From positions 1-64,000 of IMG/VR virus record IMGVR_UViG_3300042309_002320: DNA of 64,000 nucleotides; one strand, 5' to 3'. A program made the position numbers and the translations under genes. The notes beneath the pieces are model-generated. The model was not told the DNA's origin and ran no database searches. It saw nothing but the letters and a program-made list of their open reading frames with translations. This DNA is from a virus. Below are positions 27,702 through 38,498 of this stretch, in pieces (the first letter of the stretch is position 1; each line of letters starts with the position of its first letter).

Positions 27702-29566
27702 CTTATTCAGTACTACATTGTCATTCTCATTTTTCATTATTGGATGGCTTAAATAGACCAGAGCAAATTGCCACCAGATGTGCCAAACTGGGCATAAAAT
27801 CATGCGCCTTAACAGATCATGGTAATATTGCTGGATCGGTACAGTTTTATCAGAAAATGAGATCTAAGAATATTAAACCTATTCTTGGATGCGAATTATA
27901 TATTTGTGAAGATGATCCATCAATACAAACAAAAGAGAATGCTTCCTTGTCGCATTTTCTCGTACTTGCTAAAAATTTAAAAGGCTGGAAAACACTCATC
28001 AAAATAGTCTCGGAATCAAATAGGCCAGATTATTTTTACCATAAGCCAAGACTAAGTATCAAAAAATTATCAGAATTACTAGATGGTAACATAATAGGTG
28101 TTTGTGGTCATTTGGGATCGACCCTATCGGATATTATCTTAAAAGATCAGGATAATAGTATTTCTAATGGTCTTTCTTTTATAGACAATATGAAAACTAT
28201 ATTCGGTGATAATAATTTTTATTTGGAAACACAATTATTCGATAAAGACTATCTAAAAGAACAAGTCTATTTAACAGAAACGATTAGGCGACTATCCGAA
28301 TTAAGTAAAATTAAGGCAGTATCTACTCCCGATGCTCATTATTGCGAACAAGACGACGCTATAGACCAAAGGATTCTTCTTTGCAATAATTTAAAAACAA
28401 CACTATCTGATATTAATACTAAATTAATTAATAATCAAAGTATTCCTATGGAGTGCTTCTTTAAAAGTGATAAATATTATATCCTATCTCCAGAAGAGAT
28501 GACGAACCTACATAGTCCACAGGAAATAGAAAATACAATTTTTGTCGATAGCTTAATAGAAGAGTTCGACATCTTATCTGCTCCAAAATTGCCTAATTTT
28601 GATTGTCCAGAAAACTATGATCCTGATGAATTTTTAAGGGAATTGTGTAGAGTTGGATGGAAAAATAAAATCATTCCAAATATTCCAAAGGATGATCATC
28701 AAGTTTATGTAGATAGAATAAAATATGAGTTAGATATATTACAAGGTGCTAGTTTATCTAGTTATTTTTTAATTGTGCAAGATATAGTCAACCATGTTAG
28801 ACATAATAACTGGCTACCTGGACCGGGCAGAGGAAGTGGGGCTGGGTGTCTGGTTTCTTACCTTGTTGGTATCACAGATATTGATCCCATGAAATATGAT
28901 TTATTATTCGAAAGATTTTATAATGCTGGTAGAAATACTAAAGATAGAATCTCTATGCCAGATATTGATATAGATATTCCAATCGATAAACGCGAACAAG
29001 TATTAGAATACATAAAAAATAAATATGGACACAGTAAAGTATCTCAAATGATTACTTTTAATACTATGAAAGGTAGAGGGGCACTAAAAGACGTATTGCG
29101 AGTATATGGTAATATTAGTTTCGAAGAGATGAATACTATTACTAAGTTTATTCCTGACGAAGCTAAGATAGCGGACGAGCTTCAAGAAATGAAAGAAGAT
29201 ACTGGAGAAGCATCTATTATCAGATGGGCTCTAGAAAATAATACGGATAAACTAAAAGAATGGTGCTATATATCTGAAGAGGACGGGACTTTATCTGGGC
29301 CTCTATCTAAAAGATTTGAACAGGCAATAAGATTGGAGGGAACAAAATCTAATCAAAGCAAACATGCTGCTGGTGTAATAATAGGTACTCAAGACCTTGC
29401 GTCTTTATGCCCGATGGTCTATGATAACAGAAATGATCAGCTTATCGCTGGCATGGAGATGAACGATCTAGAGAGTTTGGGTCTAATAAAATTTGACATA
29501 TTGGGTATCGCATATTTGGATAAAATTATGTCAGTATCAGAATATTTAAAACACGGAGAACTATAA
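27698..29566 (+). CDS. dnaE: DNA polymerase III alpha, N-terminal part (PHP, palm, thumb)
   Basis: HCHSHFSLLDG, TDHG, GRGSGAG, PDIDID, HAAG and KFDILG motifs, then a stop. Confidence 0.93.
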   Translation: MTYSVLHCHSHFSLLDGLNRPEQIATRCAKLGIKSCALTDHGNIAGSVQFYQKMRSKNIKPILGCELYICEDDPSIQTKENASLSHFLVLAKNLKGWKTLIKIVSESNRPDYFYHKPRLSIKKLSELLDGNIIGVCGHLGSTLSDIILKDQDNSISNGLSFIDNMKTIFGDNNFYLETQLFDKDYLKEQVYLTETIRRLSELSKIKAVSTPDAHYCEQDDAIDQRILLCNNLKTTLSDINTKLINNQSIPMECFFKSDKYYILSPEEMTNLHSPQEIENTIFVDSLIEEFDILSAPKLPNFDCPENYDPDEFLRELCRVGWKNKIIPNIPKDDHQVYVDRIKYELDILQGASLSSYFLIVQDIVNHVRHNNWLPGPGRGSGAGCLVSYLVGITDIDPMKYDLLFERFYNAGRNTKDRISMPDIDIDIPIDKREQVLEYIKNKYGHSKVSQMITFNTMKGRGALKDVLRVYGNISFEEMNTITKFIPDEAKIADELQEMKEDTGEASIIRWALENNTDKLKEWCYISEEDGTLSGPLSKRFEQAIRLEGTKSNQSKHAAGVIIGTQDLASLCPMVYDNRNDQLIAGMEMNDLESLGLIKFDILGIAYLDKIMSVSEYLKHGEL

Positions 29567-29749
29567 ATGCTAACAAAAACTTTAGATCAAGTTGCTGCTG
29601 GCGAAATATTCAAGGTTAATAATATTAACTATGTCAAAATCGCCGAGGTTCGTGTCAGTTGTTGCAGAACCGTGAACTGTCACGTTCTAGAAGATAGTAA
29701 TCAAAGGACTTTTTTCCCAGGAAACACAGTTGTGGAGACTAATGGCTAA
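29567..29749 (+). CDS. Small hypothetical protein (60 aa, CC..C motif)
   Basis: Abuts the dnaE-N stop and overlaps the exonuclease start. Confidence 0.6.
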   Translation: MLTKTLDQVAAGEIFKVNNINYVKIAEVRVSCCRTVNCHVLEDSNQRTFFPGNTVVETNG

Positions 29750-30443
29750 TTTACAAAAAATTTGTGTATTCGATTTAGAAACGGACGGGGCTAATCCCGA
29801 TATTTGTAGCCCCGTTCAAATCGCTGCTGTTATTATCGATCCTTATAAATTAGAAATAATCAAAGATTCAGAATTTAATATCAATCTAAAGCCCCAAGCA
29901 ATACAAGATAATCCAGAATATATATATGATGATTCAGATGTTCTGGATTTTCATGCCAAAGTTAGAGGATGTGATAAAACAAAAATCTTAGAAGATTGGA
30001 GATCTTTCCAGAAACAAGACAGTGGATGGAAAATGTTTGTATCATATTTGGAAAAATATCATATAAGATCTGATAAAAAATCTTGCTTTACAGCTCCTAT
30101 TGCTGCTGGCTATAATATTAATAGATTCGATCTAAGAATTATAGATAGATTAAGCATAAAATATAATAATGTCAATAAGGAGGGACGAACATCTCTATTT
30201 TATCCACGAGATGTTATTGACTTAATGAACGTTATTTTTTATTGGTTTGAAGGTAATAATGAGCTTAAAAACTATACACTTGATAATGTTAGAGAATATT
30301 TAGGATTAGGAAATAGTGGCTCTCATGATGCTCTAAATGATGTTAGGGCAACAGCTGATATTTTGATAAGGTTTATGAAATTACATAGAAATTTATCGAA
30401 TAAGGTAAAATTCAGAAACGCCTTTGCTCTTGCAAAAAATTGA
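29742..30443 (+). CDS. DEDDh 3'-5' exonuclease (DnaQ/epsilon-like)
   Basis: ExoI FDLET, ExoII YNINRFD, ExoIII HDALND; ATG 29742 after GGAG. Confidence 0.9.
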   Translation: MANLQKICVFDLETDGANPDICSPVQIAAVIIDPYKLEIIKDSEFNINLKPQAIQDNPEYIYDDSDVLDFHAKVRGCDKTKILEDWRSFQKQDSGWKMFVSYLEKYHIRSDKKSCFTAPIAAGYNINRFDLRIIDRLSIKYNNVNKEGRTSLFYPRDVIDLMNVIFYWFEGNNELKNYTLDNVREYLGLGNSGSHDALNDVRATADILIRFMKLHRNLSNKVKFRNAFALAKN

Positions 30444-30444
30444 A

Positions 30445-32058
30445 ATGACTCAATATTTTACTTTTGATTGTGGATGTAAGTTCAAGGTTTTGGAATATAC
30501 CTCAGAAGGAATTCCAAAAATAGAATTTACAGGTAAGTTGAGCGATCTTAATCTTGATTGTTCAAAAACATGGTCTATGATCGGAGATGGTAATACCAAG
30601 GGTGTATTTCAACTAGAATCAAGGTTAGGTTCTAGTATGGCTAAAAAATTAAAACCAGAGAATATAGAACAACTATCTGCCCTAATTAGTATTATGAGGC
30701 CAGGATCTTTGGAAGCTTATAGAGATGGTAAAAGTATTAGTCATCATTATATAGACAAAAAGAATGGTCAAGAAAGCTTAGACTATTTTCACCCATCCCT
30801 TGAGCCATCATTAAAATCAACCTATGGAGAGATGATATATCAAGAACAGGCCATGCAAATCGCGCAAGCGGTGGCTGGTTTTGATCTACAAGAGGCAGAT
30901 ATGCTGCGTAAAGCAATTGGCAAAAAGAAGCCAGAAGAAATGGCTAAGATCAGGGTAAAGTTTAAGGATGGTGCTAAAAAACTGAATATAGTCAACGACG
31001 AAGAAATAGACGAAATATTTAGTTGGATTGAAAAAAGTCAAAGATATTCTTTTAACAAAAGCCACGCTGTGTCATATGCTATGAATGCATATTCTTCGGC
31101 TTATGCAAAAGCTCATTTTGCTAAAGTATTTTTTGCATCATACCTTAAATTTGCAAAAGATAAAATGGATCCTCAAAAAGAAATAAAAGAACTAATACGT
31201 AATGCAACAGAAATGGATGTGATTGTATGTGTTCCTGATGTAAGAAAGCTTAATAAGCATTTTACTATTAGCGATGATAAAATATATTTTGGTCTTACCG
31301 ATATTAAGGGTGTCGGTTATTCTGTTTATGATAAATTATTAACTATTATTAAAGACTTAGATATAAATAATATATCTTGGAATACATGTTTAGTTAAAGT
31401 TTTAACAAAAATTAATTCCACAGCAGCTAAAGCATTAATATCATGTGGCGCTTTAGATCATCATAATATCACCCGTACAAAAATGTTATTTGAATACGAT
31501 ATAATATCTGAATTAACTTCTAGAGAATTAGATCTATTAGACTTGGAAAAGTCGTCTATTGCACAATCTTTACATGGTTTATTGACACAAAATAAAATTA
31601 ATATTAAGCGAAAAAGTAGCATACAAAATCTTATCAATTTATATAACAATCCGCCATATTCATTAGATGATAAAATAGAATGGCTATCTGATACAGAAAA
31701 TGCTTTATTAGGGGCCTCTATAACTTGTTTTAAGATAGATTCTTATGATATTAGTATGACAAATTGTGATTGTAAAGCTTTCAAGACTACCAACGCATCA
31801 AAAAATATTATTTTAGCAGGAGAAATTAGTTCCATCAACTTTGTCAAAACAAAAAACGGCAAAAATCCTGGGGCTGAAATGGCCTTTGTCACAATAGAGG
31901 ATCAATTTGCATCACTAGACTCAGTAATATTATTTCCTGAGCAATTATCAAAATATCGTAACTATCTATTCGATGGTAATGTACTAATATTCTTAGGTAA
32001 TAAAAGTTCTAAAAAAGATTCTTTTATAGTGGAGAAATGTTTTATACCAAGATCTTGA
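30445..32058 (+). CDS. dnaE: DNA polymerase III alpha, C-terminal part (fingers, HhH, OB fold)
   Basis: GVFQLES, RPG, YQEQ.MQI, LRKAIGKK, YSFNKSHA, GLTDIKGVG and EMAFVTIED motifs. Confidence 0.92.
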   Translation: MTQYFTFDCGCKFKVLEYTSEGIPKIEFTGKLSDLNLDCSKTWSMIGDGNTKGVFQLESRLGSSMAKKLKPENIEQLSALISIMRPGSLEAYRDGKSISHHYIDKKNGQESLDYFHPSLEPSLKSTYGEMIYQEQAMQIAQAVAGFDLQEADMLRKAIGKKKPEEMAKIRVKFKDGAKKLNIVNDEEIDEIFSWIEKSQRYSFNKSHAVSYAMNAYSSAYAKAHFAKVFFASYLKFAKDKMDPQKEIKELIRNATEMDVIVCVPDVRKLNKHFTISDDKIYFGLTDIKGVGYSVYDKLLTIIKDLDINNISWNTCLVKVLTKINSTAAKALISCGALDHHNITRTKMLFEYDIISELTSRELDLLDLEKSSIAQSLHGLLTQNKINIKRKSSIQNLINLYNNPPYSLDDKIEWLSDTENALLGASITCFKIDSYDISMTNCDCKAFKTTNASKNIILAGEISSINFVKTKNGKNPGAEMAFVTIEDQFASLDSVILFPEQLSKYRNYLFDGNVLIFLGNKSSKKDSFIVEKCFIPRS

Positions 32059-32082
32059 CAATCGACGCCGTCTTGGTATAAT
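32055..32082 (+). promoter_or_regulatory. Strong sigma70 promoter for ssb
   Basis: TTGACA-N16-TATAAT with an extended -10 TG. Confidence 0.75.
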
Positions 32083-32121
32083 ATGTATAGTTGTGGCGTT
32101 TTTAACTTTAGGAGTTTGATT

Positions 32122-32490
32122 ATGAATATCACTTTGTTGAAGGGTAATTTAGCACGAGATCCGGAACTACGCGTTGTTAATCCTAATGGAAAGCAAACAA
32201 GCGTTGTCAACTTTACTATTGCTGTTAACAGAGATTATGTTAAGGCTAATGGAGAAAAAGACAGGATCACATCTTTTATTAACTGCGAGGCATGGGATAG
32301 CGGCGCCGAAACTATTGCTGAGTCCTTGAAGAAGGGCGACTTGGTGATGGTTGAAGGCTCCTTAAGAAATGACACATGGGAAAAAGATGGTGTTAAGCAT
32401 AGTAGTCTAAAGGTTAGAGTTAATAACTTTTCTAAGATTACCAAGTTGAGCAGAATTAAGTCGGAAGAGTCCGAAACTGTTGCTTTCTGA
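32122..32490 (+). CDS. ssb: Single-stranded DNA-binding protein
   Basis: GNLARDPELR, FTIAVNR, CEAW and KGDLVMVEGSL motifs; acidic tail ending in Phe; AGGAG RBS. Confidence 0.95.
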   Translation: MNITLLKGNLARDPELRVVNPNGKQTSVVNFTIAVNRDYVKANGEKDRITSFINCEAWDSGAETIAESLKKGDLVMVEGSLRNDTWEKDGVKHSSLKVRVNNFSKITKLSRIKSEESETVAF

Positions 32491-32507
32491 AACCAAATAG
32501 GAAATAT

Positions 32508-32544
32508 ATAGAATATTGGGGGTGAAATATCCCCCTTATTCTAT
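32508..32544 (+). terminator. Hairpin after ssb, probable intrinsic terminator
   Basis: Inverted repeat ATAGAATA.TT.GGGGG / CCCCC.T.TATTCTAT. Confidence 0.6.
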
Positions 32545-32549
32545 TATAT

Positions 32550-34196
32550 ATGGAAAAATCTAAACTAAAGATATTGATGTGTTCCGAAGCAAGTTTTATT
32601 AATTCTGGCTTTGGAAAATATGCATATGAAATTTTATCTAGATGGCATAAAACAAATAAGTATATAGTTGCAGAGTTTGCTTCTTATGGTATGGTTAATG
32701 ATCCAAGAGATAAGAACATAGATTGGATATATTATGCCAATGCTGTTAGAGATAGTGATCCTAGATATAAAGAGTATATGTCTAGAACAGATAATCAGTT
32801 TGGTCGATGGAGATTTGAAAAAGTATTATTAGATTTTAAACCAGATGTTGTTGTTGATGTTAGAGATTTTTGGATGACAGGATATCAATCCATATCCCCA
32901 TTACGAAGTTATTTTCATCATATTTTGATGCCAACTGTAGATTCAGCACCACAACAAGAAGAATGGATCGATATATTTTTATCTACAGATGCCATCTTTA
33001 CATATAGCGATTGGGGGGCAAAAGTTCTAAAAGAACAAACAAACAATAAAATAAAATATATCAGCACAACAAGTCCAGGGGTCAATCTCGATATCTTTAA
33101 TATAAAAGATACAAAGTCTTTACGACGCCAATTTGGTATACCGGAGGATGCTTTTATTTTTGGGTCCGTAATGAGAAATCAAAAACGCAAGCTAATCCCT
33201 GAGCTGTTTAATTCGTTGCGTAAGATATTATCCATACTTGAATCAGAGCAATCTAAACAAAAGATCTATCTATATTTACATACCACATATCCAGATATGG
33301 GATGGGATATACCAGAATTATTAAGTCAATATAATATAGCAAATAATGTTATATTCACTTATTTATGTAAAAATTGTCAAAATATAGAGCCTTCTGTTTT
33401 TAGTGGTGCTCAAAAAATTTGTAATAAATGTTTGAACAAAAGCTCTCAATTTCCATCTGTGTCGAATGGAGTCTCTGATACTCAATTAAGCGACATATAT
33501 AACATATTCGATATATATGTTCAATATGCTATTTGCGAAGGATTTGGTATGCCTCAAGTAGAAGCAGGCGCTTGCGGTATACCAATAGCCACAGTTAATT
33601 ATAGTGCTATGGTAGATATTATAGAGAAATTGAATGCTTATAAAATTAATGTCAAAAGCTATTTCAAAGAAATAGAAACTAAAGCTATAAGAGTATATCC
33701 AGATAATGATGATCTTATTAAGATTATTATAGAATATATGAACATGCCATTTCCAATTAGAAACAAAAAAAGATTAGAAACTAGACAACTTACAGAGAAA
33801 TTTTATAATTGGGATAATATTACTAAATTATGGGAAAATTATTTTGATCAATTAGAATTTAGAGCAAACTGGTTATCTCCATTAGGTCAATTACAAAAAC
33901 CACCAAAACCAAAAGATAATAAAGAAAATATTATTCAAATTATTAATATGTGTAATGATTATCTTAAAAACGCAGATTTATTATCATCATCTAAATTTTT
34001 AAGTATGTTACAGAGTGCTGATTATGGATTCACATATGCTTCTCCAACACAAATATCTAACTATTCAATAGATAATGTATACGATTATGTTAATACGATG
34101 ATTGATAATAATAATAGGTCCGAAGAAGCAAGAGCTAATACTCAATTTATTGAAGAAGACTTTGTGCAATATGCACATTTAAAGAGTAACACATGA
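32550..34196 (+). CDS. GT-B (GT4-like) glycosyltransferase with inserted CxxC...CxxC motif
   Basis: SGFG N-terminal loop, RNQKRK, EGFGMPQVEAGACG (EX7E); CKNC...CNKC insert. Confidence 0.85.
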   Translation: MEKSKLKILMCSEASFINSGFGKYAYEILSRWHKTNKYIVAEFASYGMVNDPRDKNIDWIYYANAVRDSDPRYKEYMSRTDNQFGRWRFEKVLLDFKPDVVVDVRDFWMTGYQSISPLRSYFHHILMPTVDSAPQQEEWIDIFLSTDAIFTYSDWGAKVLKEQTNNKIKYISTTSPGVNLDIFNIKDTKSLRRQFGIPEDAFIFGSVMRNQKRKLIPELFNSLRKILSILESEQSKQKIYLYLHTTYPDMGWDIPELLSQYNIANNVIFTYLCKNCQNIEPSVFSGAQKICNKCLNKSSQFPSVSNGVSDTQLSDIYNIFDIYVQYAICEGFGMPQVEAGACGIPIATVNYSAMVDIIEKLNAYKINVKSYFKEIETKAIRVYPDNDDLIKIIIEYMNMPFPIRNKKRLETRQLTEKFYNWDNITKLWENYFDQLEFRANWLSPLGQLQKPPKPKDNKENIIQIINMCNDYLKNADLLSSSKFLSMLQSADYGFTYASPTQISNYSIDNVYDYVNTMIDNNNRSEEARANTQFIEEDFVQYAHLKSNT

Positions 34197-35155
34197 ATAT
34201 TTTATATATAGGACCGTATAGATTAGCTAATAATGCGGGTTTAGAATCAACTAATCTGCTATATAATCTTATGGAACTTGGTCATAATATTACAGCTAGA
34301 TCCGTATTCGATGGAACAAATCCTATTAAGGATAAAGAAATAATATCCGTGTTTGAAAATATAGAGCAAAATAAATATTCTAAATTTGATTTACTTATTC
34401 AGCATCTACCTATCTCAAGAATTGTAAAAACTTCAAAAATCAAGAATAATATCTACTGGCCGATACTAGACAATACGGGATTGTCTCCAATTGAAAAAAA
34501 GAAATGTGAATTAATAAGTCAAGATGGACTGCTAATATATAGCACAAATTCCGATAAAACTATTTTGGGTACTTGTAATATATCTAATTTGATGAAACTA
34601 AATTATATAATTAATGATAAGCTATTATCCAAAAATTCTAGTATATTTAATTTTGGTATCTATAATAGACATAAAAAATATTATACAATTGTCGATGCGA
34701 CTATGGAATACACTATACAAAATCTGATTATTAATTTTGTGACAAAATTTCAGAACAAAGACTATTGTTTGGTAGTATTCTTACCAAATACGACTCAAAA
34801 CTTATTAGATCAGTATCAGAAATATATAAAAGAGATATATACAATATTTGATATTAATTTTTCTATCAATAAAATTCTCATTGTGCCGATAGACCATAAT
34901 GTAGATGCTCTAGTATCGGCGCATAAAACAGGAGATATCTATATTTCCTTAAAAGATAATATACAGACTATCTTATCGTCTAGTCTTGGTAAAAATATTA
35001 TTTATTATAAATCAGAACCAATACTATCATACGAAAAAAATAATCTTAAAAAATATGGAACTATAGAATATAAAGAAAAATTAGACTTGGATCAACCAAG
35101 TATAATAAAAAATATCGATAACCTAAAAGAGATTATAGGAAGATATGCTCAATAA
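34193..35155 (+). CDS. Degenerate GT-B glycosyltransferase-like protein
   Basis: MNILYIGPYR start, IQHLP and H.TGDIYIS; no EX7E motif. Confidence 0.55.
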   Translation: MNILYIGPYRLANNAGLESTNLLYNLMELGHNITARSVFDGTNPIKDKEIISVFENIEQNKYSKFDLLIQHLPISRIVKTSKIKNNIYWPILDNTGLSPIEKKKCELISQDGLLIYSTNSDKTILGTCNISNLMKLNYIINDKLLSKNSSIFNFGIYNRHKKYYTIVDATMEYTIQNLIINFVTKFQNKDYCLVVFLPNTTQNLLDQYQKYIKEIYTIFDINFSINKILIVPIDHNVDALVSAHKTGDIYISLKDNIQTILSSSLGKNIIYYKSEPILSYEKNNLKKYGTIEYKEKLDLDQPSIIKNIDNLKEIIGRYAQ

Positions 35156-36002
35156 TATAGCTACCAGTAATATCATTAGTAGTATTTTTAGTAAAAATAC
35201 GCTATTATATAATGGTAAAAAAGATTTATTTTTAACCACTTTATTACAGTGCGAGTCAATTAATATTATAGATTCGCCATCTCAACCATTTTCTATTTTA
35301 CTCTCTGATAATCCGATAGATTATTCACAAACATCTATAAAAAATAGCTTAATGTATCATGTTAATAGTTTAATATTATTTCATAAAGAACCACCACAAG
35401 CTCTTAAAAAAGAAGATAAAGCAATTCTTGACAAAAAATTAAAGAATTCTTACAGACTGTTTTTCTCAAAAGATATAGAGAAATCTTGGGGTTTAGCAAC
35501 TATAGAAAAAAATATAAATATTGAATATGGAGTCATAAGAATAGATGAAAAAGATAAAAATAAAAATGTATGCGTAGTTAATCTTAATAAAGATAATGGT
35601 ATACAAAATTTATATCAACATATTAAAAATACTATTATCGATTGTGATCTAATAGATGCGCATACTGATGGTGATGAAGTATTAAAGATATTATCACAAT
35701 ATAAAATATGTATTATTCCACACGATACATATGATGCATTATTAGCTGCTTCTTTCGGAGGACTGGTTTATACATCATCAAGTCAGATAGACAAATCCAT
35801 AAGCAATATAGCATATATAAAAGACTACAATACTATTAATGATCGGTTAAAAAACGATTTGAACCAATGGGATAATATAAATAGTTTATTAAAACAAAAT
35901 CAGTCATACATACATGATAAATACAATATAGACAAATTCTATAGCGAATTTAATAATATCTGTACTTCTATTTCTAGAAAAGCATTTACATATGAAACGT
36001 AA
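35145..36002 (+). CDS. Degenerate glycosyltransferase-like protein
   Basis: LSQYKICI...ALLAASFGG resembles the GT-B C-domain without its acidic residues. Confidence 0.45.
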   Translation: MLNNIATSNIISSIFSKNTLLYNGKKDLFLTTLLQCESINIIDSPSQPFSILLSDNPIDYSQTSIKNSLMYHVNSLILFHKEPPQALKKEDKAILDKKLKNSYRLFFSKDIEKSWGLATIEKNINIEYGVIRIDEKDKNKNVCVVNLNKDNGIQNLYQHIKNTIIDCDLIDAHTDGDEVLKILSQYKICIIPHDTYDALLAASFGGLVYTSSSQIDKSISNIAYIKDYNTINDRLKNDLNQWDNINSLLKQNQSYIHDKYNIDKFYSEFNNICTSISRKAFTYET

Positions 36003-36399
36003 TCTAATTATAACAGTCGATTCTTCTATTAAACAAGATGGTTTTGTGCATATTAATCAAATATCTTCGATCATTAATTATTCCTGTGACTCTATCATTC
36101 TAGACTGTTTAGAATATCTGCAAGAAAAAGATCATGCCGTAGTATTTAATGTTCTACTAGAAAAATTAAGACCAACTGGCAGATTGGTTGTCTCGATAAG
36201 TAATGCTAAAGATATAGCCAATAATTTTGTTAATGCAACAATATCATCCGGTGACTTTTTAAGATTTTTTATTAACAAACAGAGCCTATTAAGTATCGAA
36301 TCTATATATACTTTTATTGATTTCAAACATTATGATATTTTAACACTAGATACCGATGACACATCTATAACTATAGTAATAGAAAGAAAAAATATATGA
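35992..36399 (+). CDS. Methyltransferase-like protein (degenerate)
   Basis: CDSIILDCLEY...KLRPTGRLVV resembles class I MTase strands; no GxG SAM motif. Confidence 0.45.
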   Translation: MKRNLIITVDSSIKQDGFVHINQISSIINYSCDSIILDCLEYLQEKDHAVVFNVLLEKLRPTGRLVVSISNAKDIANNFVNATISSGDFLRFFINKQSLLSIESIYTFIDFKHYDILTLDTDDTSITIVIERKNI

Positions 36400-37121
36400 G
36401 CAATACCATATGCGAAAAATGTCTTTTTGCTCAGAATATTTCTAATCCTATGCCTTGTTCTTTTAGTATACCAAGTCTTATAAAAGATATCCATAATATT
36501 GTAGAAAAAAATAATTATTTTGTTATTAATAACTACACATGTAGATATGGTTTTAGTAAAAATATTTATCAAGAAAATATCGATAAGTTTAATGATACAG
36601 ATATGATGGAGTATGTTAAGCAACAAAATATTGTCAAATATTCCTTGGCTCTTATTACTAGTAATATAACATTTAAAGATACTATAGAAAACTTAAACGC
36701 TTTATCGATCAAACCGGAATATATCACTATTATTTGTTATGGCAACGGCTACGACATACACGAGATGCTGCAACAAAAATTACCAAAATTCATAAAATAT
36801 AAAGTTCATTCTTTTCTTGAGAATATTCCTTCTCCAAAAGCATTACATGTTGCTCTAGAAACAAATAAAAACAAGACAGGAAATCTACTTTGGATTCTAG
36901 ATGATGAAAGTATTGCTTATGTCTCCAAGTACGATAGTATACAGAATATTAACTATATGATAAATGTTGAGCAAAAATCTGCTCACTATTATAGATGTAA
37001 TAAAATTGATTCTAGTTTTAATGGTATTTTTATTAATACAGATAATTATTGGGCTCTTTCAAAAACACAAGACTACACAATAGAAAATAATCAAAATACT
37101 TTAGTTATAAACTATGATTGA
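36396..37121 (+). CDS. Hypothetical protein with N-terminal Cys cluster, possibly GT-A-like
   Basis: CEKC...C...C followed by an alpha/beta domain containing WILDD. Confidence 0.45.
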   Translation: MSNTICEKCLFAQNISNPMPCSFSIPSLIKDIHNIVEKNNYFVINNYTCRYGFSKNIYQENIDKFNDTDMMEYVKQQNIVKYSLALITSNITFKDTIENLNALSIKPEYITIICYGNGYDIHEMLQQKLPKFIKYKVHSFLENIPSPKALHVALETNKNKTGNLLWILDDESIAYVSKYDSIQNINYMINVEQKSAHYYRCNKIDSSFNGIFINTDNYWALSKTQDYTIENNQNTLVINYD

Positions 37122-37782
37122 TATTCTTATTATTACTCCAGAAATTACAAAAGGCATGAAGTCTGTTGGCTCAAAGTGTTTATTACCATTAAGAAAAAAT
37201 CTAAGCGTTATTGAGTATCAAATAGCGCAAGCGCAAAAAATAACAAAACAATCGCATATAACCATTAATATAGGGTTCGATTCTGAAAAAATTATATCCA
37301 AATTATATCGATATAGAACAATCAGATATTTAGTAAATCATGACTATAACAATACGAATCAAGCTAAAAATCTATTATTATATATAGATCAATATAAACC
37401 TAAAAATTTATTAATTTTGAGTAGTGGATTATTATTAAAAGAAAATACAATAGAAAAGACTCATCTTCAAGCAGAATGTAAAATATTTATGTTACATAAA
37501 CATAAAAACAATTTTTCTATAGGATCTTCTATGTCTAAAAATTTAGAGTATTTATTTTTTGATATGGATGAACCATGGACAGAGATTGTATATTTGAATG
37601 AAGATGCGATTAATATTCTATCTACTTGCGATAGAAATATATTTAAACAAATGTATCTTTTCGAAGTAATAAATTTTTTACTAAGTAAAAATATAAAGTT
37701 CACAAAAGTTTATATTAATAAAGGCAGTATTATGAAAATTAATAACTATAAAGATCTTGATAAAGCGAAAGTATTTATATGA
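37114..37782 (+). CDS. Sugar/choline-phosphate nucleotidyltransferase-like protein (degenerate signature)
   Basis: KGMKSVGSKCLL, IEYQI, IGF, N.DYNNTN and KINNYKDL; the AAGxGxR loop is replaced by TPEITKG. Confidence 0.65.
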   Translation: MIDILIITPEITKGMKSVGSKCLLPLRKNLSVIEYQIAQAQKITKQSHITINIGFDSEKIISKLYRYRTIRYLVNHDYNNTNQAKNLLLYIDQYKPKNLLILSSGLLLKENTIEKTHLQAECKIFMLHKHKNNFSIGSSMSKNLEYLFFDMDEPWTEIVYLNEDAINILSTCDRNIFKQMYLFEVINFLLSKNIKFTKVYINKGSIMKINNYKDLDKAKVFI

Positions 37783-38498
37783 CAACAAAAATAGTTGTAC
37801 AGAAATTAAATGATAAATTTATTAATAATATTGAATTATCAACAACTCCATTTTGTAATAAAAAAGTATTGAATATAACAGGATATCTATATAGGATATA
37901 TTATATAGAAAAATTTACCCATATAATATTTGCAGCTTCATTATTAGATAATGAAATTAATCAATTCATTGATGAGTTTGGTACTACAGTAAATATCTTT
38001 ATTTATAATGACACAACAAAATATATTGAACACCATCCTAATCTTAAAGGAGTTATTCAGAAAACAAAGACTGATTCAAAAAATAAAATTATCACTATAC
38101 CTAAATTAGTTAATAATGAAATTTATTATAGCGATAACTCTATACCTAAATATGATAGCATAGTTTGCTTTTTAGACAATATAGAATCTTTACCAGAAGC
38201 TTTAAATAATTATCTTTATCCACAATCTATATTATCTATTAAATTATTTAATAATAGCTCTATAATACATCCTCAAAATTTAGGACTTCTTTTTGAATAT
38301 GATAAGGCAAGGATTCTTAAACAAAACAAATATTATTTGGCATTAACAGACGACTACGTTCCAGAAGCATGGGCTTGTGGAGCATTAGCGCTAGATATTG
38401 ACGATCTGAATTCATTAACACCAAGTAAATATAAACATACAAAAAGTTTTCAGTCTTATTCTAATTTTTTAAAGGTATTAATCAGTGATAAAAAATAA
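37779..38498 (+). CDS. Glycosyltransferase-like protein (truncated or degenerate GT-B)
   Basis: HPQNLG and YVPEAWACGA motifs. Confidence 0.45.
   Translation: MTTKIVVQKLNDKFINNIELSTTPFCNKKVLNITGYLYRIYYIEKFTHIIFAASLLDNEINQFIDEFGTTVNIFIYNDTTKYIEHHPNLKGVIQKTKTDSKNKIITIPKLVNNEIYYSDNSIPKYDSIVCFLDNIESLPEALNNYLYPQSILSIKLFNNSSIIHPQNLGLLFEYDKARILKQNKYYLALTDDYVPEAWACGALALDIDDLNSLTPSKYKHTKSFQSYSNFLKVLISDKK

Noticed and set aside
29567-30444. Group I/II intron or split intein interrupting dnaE
   Set aside because: The interval is fully occupied by two coupled ORFs with no room for a ribozyme core, and neither DnaE half has intein blocks.
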